Source: Tubiluchus corallicola
Lineage: Eukaryota; Animalia; Priapulida
Assembly (NCBI GenBank): GCA_030141605.1
Contig: JAQGDQ010000199.1
Coordinates: 62,001-126,000 of the forward strand
Direction of reading: 5' to 3'
DNA: 64,000 bases
The notes under the pieces were generated by a model. It searched no databases. It had not been told where the DNA came from and was given only the letters and a program-made list of their open reading frames with translations. Positions 27,601 to 39,800 of this stretch are shown one piece after another. Numbering within the stretch: the first letter of the stretch is position 1; every line of letters starts with the position of its first letter. The position numbers and the translations under genes are program-made.

Positions 27601-30600
27601 AAAAAAGACCGTACGATTACCACTGATCATATGATAATTTGAGGCTTCAGAATATCTAAAAAAGACTGTACGATAATCGCTGATCATATGATAATCTGAG
27701 GCTTCCGAGTGTCTAAAAAAGACCGTACGATAACCGCTGATCATATGATAATTTAAGGGTTCAGAACGTCTAAAAAAGACCGTATCATAACCAGCAATAG
27801 TACAGAAGACACAAAAACAAGTGTGAAAAAATTGTGCACTAAAAACATTCAGAACGTTACTGCTAACATCAATACGGTATCTTCAACTGTCTGACAATTT
27901 TCTGGTCATAACATAGTGGTCAAAGCTTTAACATATTTTCTAAGCCACCTGATACCATCAACCATACAACAGCGTTTTAGTAGACAATACTGTTTGACCA
28001 CTGAAATTTGAAAACAATATCTCACAAAGAACATTTAATCCTTTCGACTTTTAGTGCAAAAAATGTCTCACATATTTTAACCAAATTCTTGTGCAAAATT
28101 TTGCCATAATTTGTAATTTGTAAATTGCAGTTTGTAATTACTGTAATGATTCAAAATTGTAAATGATTACAACGACACAAGGTACCTTTTGAAATTGTAA
28201 CACTGAAAAAAGGTAAAGTTTGTCGAAACGACGTCGGGCGACCCAGGCTGGCGTACAGACAGCAGTGCCATCCAGTGAGCTAAAACAAAAATAAACACAG
28301 GTAATTGTATATTTTTATATATGTTGATAAACAATGACACCTGTAGTGACTTTCCAAACATGAATACCAACCAGAAGAGTAGTGTTTCGAGTCGAGACCC
28401 TCGAGGAAAGGTGTGCATCCTCTAATTTCTTTTAAAAGGTGTTGAGCAAAAAATAGATGTTTTTTAAAGAGAGCTTGTAGTCAGAATAGCATGAAAAAAT
28501 GAATTAACAAACTGACATACTTGCTCAACTTTAGTCACCCAATTACAACTGGATCAACCAAAAATCGTGAGCAACACATTCATCCAATTGTGGCAATCGG
28601 TAATTGATCAACTTTAGTTTGCCAACTTTTGCGTTTTCGGTTAAAGTTGTTAAACAATGCAAAACAATGTTTTGCACATGTTCACTTGGTTATTTTTAGC
28701 AAGTACATTTTAACTGATATTTTATTCTGCTTTATAGGGCAGGTACATACACTAGTGTTCCATAAACAAGAAATAGTAATGCTATATATTGAAAATAAGA
28801 CTAGTACAGAAAGAAAAACAAGAATAAGAAAATGAAGAAAAGAAAAACACGATAATGTTTACTTTCTGTATTAGTCTCTCCTAGTATATGTGTAAGCCGA
28901 CCAGCAGGTGGACTGTTGCACTGGACGCCACTTCCAGTTCTGTTGGCAGGCGTTGACAGCGACGTCCCGTACAGCGTGAAAACACACAAGAACTGAGTGT
29001 CATTCACTACTGGCGCTACAAAAGCCTCTATGGTGATTGTCAACTGAAACAAAAACACAAAAATTAAGTGAGGTCACTTAATGTGAGGTCAGGAATGTTG
29101 CCGAAACAGAAGATGAAACTTACGGAACCTAGGAAACCAAAACCAAAATGAAATCGAATCGGAATCATTTTGCAAAACAAACTACTATTAAAACTGAAAA
29201 AGAACAAAATTCTGAAATAAGTAAAACACTTTGTTTTTGCTCGTTTGCTTTTATTTGCTCTGATACAAACTTATCAAAATACGGGGGCTGCTCAAAAAGT
29301 GTCCATCTCTTTTTTTCTCCGCGTAAAGTAAAGCCATGCGGGGCAAAGGGAGCATGTTTTTAGGGAGCGTCGTCATTGTCCTTTCTGCGCATGTGGGAAA
29401 ATTTCCTGTTTGCGGCGTCTTTTTTTGTCTTTTATGCCTCAAGTTCAGGTGAGTAGTGGGCACTTGACGGATTTTCATTTATTACGCAAAATGACAGAAT
29501 GCATCTGTCTCTTTGACTCCCGTGGTATTGTGTATCATGAATACGCACCACTAGACCAAACAATAAGGAATGCTAACTGGAGGTTCTACATTGCCTTCAC
29601 GATGCTGTGCATCCAAAGAAGTCAGACATGTGAGCGACAAAAAATTTGCAAATTCATAACGAAAATGCACCCGCTCATATCAACCACATAATACAGTCGA
29701 CTCTCGTTAAACCGGACCCTGTTAGCCCGGATATCGGATAAGACAGACGTCATCCGTGGTAAAGGAAACTGACCGATTTCCACCCGAGCCAGAGCGCTAA
29801 ACACGACACGGCCTACGAACTGTACAATAATTTCTTTATCCTCACAGGTTAACTATTTTAAAGTAATATACAGTATAGTATATAGTGCAATGTATATAGG
29901 CCTTATTAAGGTGATTATTCCTGTATAATATAGACCATATATAGGCATATCGGATAAATCGGACGATCGGCTAAACCGGAACACCCACCTCCCCAATTAG
30001 TCCGGTTTAACGAGGGTTGACTGTACAAGCTTTCCTGGTTAAGAAGAGCACACCAATCATTCAACAGGTTCTTTACTCTCTTGACTTGGCACCGTGTGAC
30101 TTTTAGCTCTTCCCTAAGTTGAAAAGCACGATGAAAGGAACGCAATTTGAGTCACGAGAGGAAATTATGAGAAAAGCGACGGCGCAGCTAAATAACATTC
30201 CAGGGAAGGCGTTTCAGTGGTGTTACCACTTTACACTTTTTTGCCAAATTACTGACTGCAGATGACAGAGTTAATTAATAAACAATTAAAATGTGCGTCA
30301 GCTAGACTTTTTGCCAGTTAAATGTGAAATTTAGAGAGTGGTTAGATATTAAGCACGAGTTCGAAATAGTGCTTGGCCAACAAAGGCACCACAGAAAAGC
30401 GTCCAAGCTTGTCTGGAGCACACGAATGTCTGCATGCTTAAAGGTTGGTTTAATAGACAATATCCGATCATTGGTTATTGATCATACAGCGTAAAATTTA
30501 TTATAAGTTACTATTACTATGTAAAAACATTTCGGATTAAACAAGACGTGATCTTACCACTTTAACTGTAGTGACCTGAAGCTGACTGGGCACTACCTGC

Positions 30601-30731
30601 GTAATCTTGCTACACTTGCCCCCTCTGTAATGAATCCAAGTAGACGAGCATTCAAGATGGCTGCTACATCTGAAAGAAACAATATTCAAATTTATCTGAC
30701 ATGTTATAATAATAATCTCCCTTTCTCTCAG

Positions 30732-30809
<78 letters not shown>

Positions 30810-33800
30810 CATCCCTCCCTCCATCACTATAGAAATTTTCAGGCACGACTGTAGCCACCATTCAGTTGAAAATTATGACGTAAGTGGTGGACTTCGTAAC
30901 TTTCTCATAAGCACATCGTAATTTTCCGAAACCACGGCCTGCTTTAACTGCAGTTCTCCTTTTTTTGTAAAAACTTTTGACAGAAACTGACAGTACAATG
31001 TTTTTCTATAGTCGACAAATGACGTCATTGGTGGAATTGGGAGTGCCCAAGCGTGAAACATTTACGTCTTCGAGGTAATTTTACTAATGACACGAGGCGC
31101 TTATCACACTTTTATTACTAAATCCTTTTAACATTTTTTGAGAACATTCAAATATATGACGATATTCAATTATTATTTCTTCTTTCATTTATATCGTGTA
31201 CATATAGGTTTTACTTGTCAAATGTAGACCTATGTTAACTCAAATGTAGATTTAGGTAATTCAAATGTGTCTTGGTAACTCAAATCTAGACTTAGGTGGT
31301 TCAAATGTGTTAACAATTGTTTTCAACAAATCTTAATAGGCTGAAATGAAGCGTCTTTTCGCAGATATTAGAGAAAATCTTCTAGTGCAGAATCACGGTC
31401 AGAGAATGGCAATATTAGCTCGGTTGGCCGAACAGTCTGTTAATATCATAACGGCCGCAGATGCAGGCCATTTTGTAATTTGCACGTATATAACTTAATT
31501 ACCGATTTATTCAACTTAATGCATCTACATTTGAGTTACCTAAGTCACATTTGAGTTACCAAAACACTTTCGAAATTCCTATGTCTACATTTGACTTACC
31601 TAAGACACATCTGAGTTACCAAAACACATTCGAAATTCCTATGTCTACATTTGACTTACCTAAGTCACATTTGAGTTATTAAAACACATTCGAAATTCCT
31701 ATGTCGACATTTGACTTACCTAAGACACATCTGAGTTACCAAAACACATTCGAAATTCCCATGTCTACATTTGACTTACCTAAGTCACATTTGAGTTACC
31801 AAAACACATTCGAAATTCCTATGTCTACATTTGACTTACCTAAGTTACATTTGAGTTACCAAAGCACATTCGAAATTCCTATGTCTACATTTGACTTACC
31901 TAAGTCACATTTGAACTTACCTGTGTCTACATTTGACGTGTAAAACCTATAGAAACGAACGTATGTGTGAAACTGAAATTAAAAAAACTTGGTACCTGTT
32001 TGTAGACGGGCACCATCCACAATAGGGGTTATGAGAGTCCAAACATTGCTCACAAGAACTGGCATCATCACAGACGTTTGTCCGTATTTTAGTTAACTGT
32101 AAGTGAACAGCATGTAAACATTTGTTGGTTAGTACAGCTCAGTATAAACGAACTTACTAATATACAGCAGGCTATTGGAGGCTGTGGCAATTTGCTTCCT
32201 CACTAAGCAAGGAAACGTTAATCAATTTCTGTGTCGCATCCGATTGGAAGACAATGAGCTATGTGATTCGATTCAATTCAATTCAAAACGTGCATTTATT
32301 TCCATTATCATGATATAACTGAGGCAAGTAAATGTATTTAATTATCACAATGGAAATAGGATGACGAAAGACCAAGAAGGTCAACTAGTCAAGCCATCCT
32401 TCAATGGATGTATGTGATTATTGGGATGACACTGTAGCTATTTCACTCATGAATAGTAGTGAAATTACATTATTACTATTTTACTTAGCAACTTAATCTG
32501 TTTAAAATTCACTAATCAATTTTAAATAACTGAAGGATGAAAATGCAATCAAAGATATCTAAACGTACAGGAAAATGATAAGCAAAAAGCAATGGTAAGT
32601 AAAAGCCAAATAATGTGGTACAAATGAATATAAAAATGATCGAAATACAAGCTGTCATATCGTCCATGTATAACTCAAAATGAGAAAAACATGCAAAATA
32701 ATAACAATAATATTAAATAAAAAATGATAAAAATCAAATTAAATGAAGTGAAAAGCAAGTTAGCCAATCAGAAATTTAAATAAACTTTCAAATAGGGAAC
32801 TGTGACTGTGCACGGTCACCTCAGACACCAGATCATTTATTATTTTGTTGCCCATTGGTCAACCAAAGGAAGAGGAGGCATTTTATGCTAGAATCAGCTG
32901 TCAAACAACAGATGTCATATTTTTACAGCAGGACAAAAGTATAATTACTGCAGTTTTGGACTTGATGCCTAGTGGAAAGATGACTACATTGTGAAAACGT
33001 TAACTAATCGCTAGTATAGCTTTATTTACAGAACGACTATTAGACTGCTAGGATATTTTTGTTTACGTATATTTACAAATTATCATTAGTTTACTTATCT
33101 ACTAGAGTTATAGAAATTTAATGAACAACAATAGTGATGTAAAACTTAATTATAATTCGAATGTGATTCATTACAACAACTTGGTAAAACTCTAAAATAC
33201 CTAAACATTTTATACACATTTCGTACATTCTAACATATTTGTTTATATGTATGCATTTGTTTATTTGTATATAATTTGTACAGTTGCTTTTATTTTTATG
33301 TAATTGTATTTATGTATTTATGTGTGTCACTAATATCTGTACATGGTTTCATTTTTAATACTGATGTACTGAGCCTGCAAATAGAGGCATAATAAAAAAT
33401 TTATCATCATCACTAATAGTACATTAGATAAACGACCGTACTGGCTTCGTAATATAAACAAATAAAAGGATATTGATGTAACATTCAGAGCCATCTTGCG
33501 AACAGAAGTGTAAAAAATGCCAGTTTCGTTAGAGACGAAATGAAAAATAATTTTCTTTTTCCTTTTTTATAATTACAAATGTAAAACTGTAGGACTGTAG
33601 TGGGCCTATCTATACTTTAAGTTTATATGAACATCTTCCGTCAAGGTCAAACGTTATCCCAATTTGACTGTAAGGTCAACGAATGTACCAGTTAAGTTAT
33701 CACAACAAAAAACTTGCTTTTTAAATTTTACTATTTGTGTACTGGCAAAAGTAGTGAAGTTGATATCTTCTGTCCGGTCGTAATTTCGAGATGCTGTTTT

Positions 33801-36800
33801 CAAGATCAAAGGTCACATCAGTTTGGTCAAAAAGTCAAAATCACATCAGTTTCGGTTATAAGGTCAAAGGTCATACAAGTTGGTTGCCACATCACAAGGC
33901 TTCTTTTACCATTTTAATGTACATGTAGTTGCTTCTTTACCACAGAACAACTAGTGAAGTTTATACTCTACCTTGCGCTGTGTCATCACATACAAATGCT
34001 TCTTGTCAAGGTCAAAGGTCATATCGGCATGAACGGGACTTCCTGGATCAACCTGTACCTCACCAAATTCCACTGATTCATTTGATTCATTCAGCGAATC
34101 CACTGCCACCTGTTTACCAAAAATCAAAAGTACATATGCAAACCACATCAGCAGTCATAAGGCCCTAGAATGGATGTCCTAGGCCACGCGATCATATAGC
34201 TTGTAGCCAGGGCCTATTTCAGCCTAGGCGAGGCCCAGGGAAGTGGGGCGTGTGAGGCCCTATTGAGGGGGGTAGGTAGCGCTATCATGGTTGGCCCAGA
34301 AAATTTTTGAACTGCTAGAACGCCGGAGAAGCATTTTCGAAGAGAAAATATGGAGTTATACAGTTGTTAAAGGAAAGAACAATTGAAAGAAAAACTGCTT
34401 TATTCTCAAGACCAGTCCTTAGTACTTGTCAACACTGCCAAACGGCACGCGTGCGGCAAGAGAGAGAGGGAGAGAGGAGGCAGTATGTTTGCATAAAGCA
34501 AAAAAATGTTACCTTGGCGCGAGGCCCCCCTGGAGGGTGAGGCCCCGGGGAAGTATCCCCACTTCCCCCCCCCCCTTGAAATAGGCCCTGCTTGTAGCAT
34601 AAAACTAATGTGAAGTTTAAAGAAGCACGTTATCCTGTACATCTTCGTGTATATTTTCATACGAAAATGACAGCTGCATTTTATGATATGCAAGTTCTCA
34701 ACATATTAAATAAATTTCTTTCAAACTTTTCGTTACTTTAATATCTGCATGAAATGGGCATCAGAATAATAACATTTTGAAGCCAAAGAGGCAGAAAGAC
34801 GTACAAACGATGATGTTCCAATTCAATTAAAATTCAGCGAGTTTTATGCAGTTTTAACATTTCAATTAATCTGTGGCCTTTGTGTTGGCAGTAAACTAGT
34901 GTTGCTTTGGAGGCAAAGTGGTGTAGGTTACTGCACCAGTGCTATTGGAATTGCTTGCTTTACATAGGCCTACGGACAAAATGCCTTGCAGGAGTAATTG
35001 TCTTTCTAAGCCCAAATGGTGGTCTAATAACTGTGTCCAAATGTATTGCTGCTGAGACGTAGGGCTTAGCAAGTAATTTTGAACTATTTAACAAAAATGA
35101 TATTTCTCTATCCGAAGTTTTATGAAAACAACTTTGGATTGGGTGTAGAATGATGACTTGAATGAGCAAATAAACGGATGAACAAACAGACAAACAAGCA
35201 ACTAAACAACTGGAATGCTTATACAGGACTCCACACATGCATCTCAACACAGCTGCACTTCTGATTACCCTAAAAGGAATTTTTAATGGCGTTACAAAAT
35301 GCAAATCGTTACCTGCGATGAATCTTTATTTTGACAAATCTGTCAAAAACAACTAGGCGTTACATGACAGCTGACACGCTCGCTCATGTGAACCCACCTT
35401 TGCTATTAGCAGAAGTGTTACTTCTAGTATTACTTAAAATTGGATAAATAGGAAAGTCAGGAAAGCATTGGCCAGTGAAGTTATGATAAGAGGACAGTTA
35501 CTAACAACATTTCGTTTGTTGTATAACAGAAATACATCCCAACTACTACAGTAAATAAATAAACAACACCTAGCTAAGCTTAACAGCAAGTAAAGAACAG
35601 TAAGTAAGTAAACAAAACTCTCTGTACATGGCATCGACAAAATATATCCCAACTACTGCAAGCAGTTACTAACAACATTTCGTTTGTTGTATAACAGAAA
35701 TACATCCCAACTACTACAGTAAATAAATAAACAACACCTAACTAAGCTTAACAGCAAGTAAAGAACAGTAAGTAAACAAAACTCTCTGTACATGGCATCG
35801 ACAAAATATATCCCAACTACTGCAAGCAGTTGCTAACAGCATTTCGTACGTGGTGTAACAGAAGCACATATCAACTACTACTACATGCAAAAATTGACAA
35901 TATGAAAGTAAGCTTTTGCAACGTGGCATACATGAAGTACATCCCAACTACTGCAATCAGTTGCTAACAGCATTTCGTACGTGGTGTAACAGAAACACAT
36001 CCTAACTACTACATGCAAAAATGAACAACATGAAAGTAAGCTTTTGTAACGTGGCGTACATGAAGTACATCCCAATACTGCAATCAGTTGCTAACAGCAT
36101 TTCGTACGTGGTGTAACAGAAGCACAGCCTAACTACTACATGCAAAAATGAACTACATGAAAGTAAGCTTTTGCAACGTAGCATACATAAAGTACATCCC
36201 AACTATTGCAATCAGTTGCCAACAGCATTTTGTACGTGGTGTAACAGAAGCACATCCTAACTACTACATGCAAAAATGAACAACATGAAAGTAAGCTTTT
36301 GCAACGTGGCATACATGAAGTACATCACAACTACTGCAGCAGTTACTAACAACACTCCATCACAAAGTTCTGCCACAATCAAAAGCAAACAACAACCACG
36401 TAAGCTCTCCATGGGTGATATAACAGAAACGCATCCCAACTACTGCAGTCAAAAACAAGCAACACTCACATATGCTTTCCGTGCGAGGCACACACGCAAC
36501 GCATTCTATCTACTGCACTCATTTACTAACAAATAACATTGCAGGCTCTGACATGACAGCGCAAATAGCAACGTTTTCCATTTTATGGCCGTGAAATTGG
36601 ACATTTTGAATCAGACCATTAGCAATTAGTCGCCGCGGGGAAACATAAATTCACTAAATTACACTTACGTCTTCTTCGGACGATACCAATTGATACTGGA
36701 GGGGTGAGCAGTCATCAGATGGATATCAATAAATCAATTACGCTTGTGTATGCCCAATGTAATGCAATGTTCACAACGTGTTGCGAATAACTGTTTTATA

Positions 36801-39800
36801 ATCAAAAGAATGGCTCTGGATTTGTAAAACAGATTCAGTTGATCAGAATTTCTTTACTAATAAAAGTTTTTACTCAAAACAACCCGCCCAACACCCCAGG
36901 AAAACGTCTTTTGCACTTATGTGGGCAAAAAAACAGGAATAGTCGACTCTGCGCGACTTTACCAAATCAAGTCTAGTACAGGAAATTTGCCAGACAGGAT
37001 AAGCAAGCCTGATAATGCGAAGAAGGGGTGATTTAGCAGGATGATAGCACCTTTAATGTGATATGCGTTTCAGTAAATGCTAACCTTAATGTGCCACATT
37101 AATTTGCATTTTTCATGAGCTAAACGATGCCAAGAAAAAAAAGCGACAAACTGCGAGACAAGAGAAAGGAAAGCAGACAAGCAGCCGGACAAACAGACAG
37201 ACAAACATCAAAATGTTTATATACATAAGTGTCACAACTGTGTTAAATATATGGAACCTTTAAGAATATCTATAGTTTAAAGGCCTAACCACATTTTACT
37301 GCATAAACGCAAGTGATTGGCTGAACAATTCATGTAAAGGCTGGCTCACACAATCAGACAACTTCCTGTTATAGCGAGGTTAATAACAGATACGTCGTTC
37401 CCAAGAGCTCAATGTAATCACTTCCTTACTAAGTGCACATCCTATTTCTATTGGCTTAGGGCGGATCTATTATAATAAAATGAAATTAACCATACGCTGC
37501 GCCCCTACTAATTAAGATCTTATCAAACGTGCCATGAAAGGACATTAAAGAAAAATTTCCAAGGAATGACAGATGTTACAAAACGACATAAAGCAGTAAC
37601 GTCCAAAACTGGAAGTTACTTTCTATTAATAAGAACAAACTTCAATAAAGTTCAGCATACGCACGCCACGCTGCGTGGACACGCCCCCAATCAAGTTATC
37701 TCCTTTTGGCGACCTCAGACTTGTAAGAATTAACAGGGGAATTTTGTGGAAGTATAGTACATTCTAGTAGTAAGAATGCTATCCAATCTAATCTACTCTA
37801 ATCAGATGCTTTTCTCCACAGTCAGAAGACAAATACAGCATTTAAAAAACAACAGTCAGTTTACAATAGGAGCAATAAGACGTCGTGGGTCTACCTTACC
37901 TAAGCGGATGTATATACGACCGGAACTATTTATTGCTGAAAGCTCAGCTAAGTTATATGTACACTTAGTTCATTTTAAGGAACAACTTGGAGAATTACAT
38001 TTCCACCCTTCTAGAGCTTAAAGCACAAGAAAAAGCTCTTTATAAATAAAGCTAAAATAGTTCGTCTTGAAATTTTGTCACCTACATATTGTCTTATTGC
38101 TCACACAGCTTACATTAGCAGTAATGCTGTATAAACCATGTAATTTTAAACACCCACAACGACCATTAGGTGCGGCCATTTTAACATTAAGTCATTTAAA
38201 AAATTTACATAACATTGCGTGAAGTTTTAGATTTAAAAATTTAGATAACATTGTGGCGCACTGATTTACCAAAACACACATTATTCATCTTATTGATAAT
38301 ATAAAATAATTTGTAGTTTTACTTAGTTAGTAAAATATGTGTTACGAATGCTCTGTTTATTTTTTCAAACTTTACGCAATGTTATCTAAACTTCTTTCAA
38401 ATCACTTACTGTTAAAATGGCTTCTCCAACTGTCATCAATGGAGTTTAAATTTATAAGTTTTATACAGCATTACTGTTACCAAAATTGTCTGTTTTCTAG
38501 TGGCCTAAACACACCTTCTTGACAAGGCCGTCTTCGGTACCAATGAACACCACAGTGTTGCCTTCGACGGTTGTCACGGCAACCGATGTCAACAAGGTAT
38601 CTGTATAATTGATGACAGGCATTGTCGAAACTGCCAGAGAACCGTTCAGGTATGGAGACAGCGGATCACACAGCTGACTTTCCACGGAGAGCTGACTATT
38701 TTCCTGAAAGATGCAACATCTGCTAGAAACGTATGCTATACATGCATAGCTACTACTCAGCATCATATAGTTAAAAATTTATACACCATAAATTGATTAA
38801 AACATTATTTTGATTTATCGAAAAAACACATGCAATAAAAAACAAACAATAAAAATTATAGTTAGTGGCAATATTTATAAAGAGTTATAAAACATATCTG
38901 TATGATTTGTTTATTTATTATATATGCAAAAAATATTTACAAGAAAGTATAAAATGTGAAAGCAGCATAAAACGTATATACAGCACAGAATAAAATTTTA
39001 CAGCTATATAATAGATTACTGATTAAAGCACAAAGAGCCAAAGCCACTTACAGGTGTTCATTAAAAGACGACTGATTAGTGAGATTTAGATATTTTAAAC
39101 AGTTTTTTAAAAGTTTGCTACCATGAGCACAGATCTAGGGGGCACCACCAACAGACACAAGGATTTGATTCCGGATTTTAATTATTCTGTTTGAGAAAAC
39201 GTTTTTAAAAGAATCAAGTCTGCAGTGAGTGAGTGTAACTTTAAGCGGTGACTCCTAGTTAAATAATTAACTAGGTAAAGGTGCTTTGATAAAAAATACA
39301 TCTTTGTCTAACGTACTGTTTCCATGTAATATTGAATAACACATAGCCAAATCGCAGTCTATACAATACATCAATTTGAAAAAAACGCCAGTTCGATGTC
39401 ACTTCCCATTACAGCTTATATTTTGCAATATACAATTGAAGTTGTTTTATACTAGACACAGGGTAGGATTATTTTATAGACTAGCATAGGCTGCAACCCA
39501 GGACCCCAATTTACATAACAAACAAGAGATACCTGTTTTAGCTTATGTAATGAATTTACAATAAGTTTACTTCAATTCAAAAGGGGAGTAGGCGACTTAG
39601 AAGGTGGCTCCGTCTGAGGGGGAGAGAGGAATGAAAGGGATTTCCCTTTTTGAAGGAATGTAGCTGAAGAACACTAAAGAGAAGTCGCTAAAGCAAGCAC
39701 AAAAATGTACACTGCAATTCTAAACTAGAGAAAGCAATGTTGAAATTTTCCAGACATATGGCAGGGTTCCCACAGAATTTCAAAATAAATTTCCCTGACT

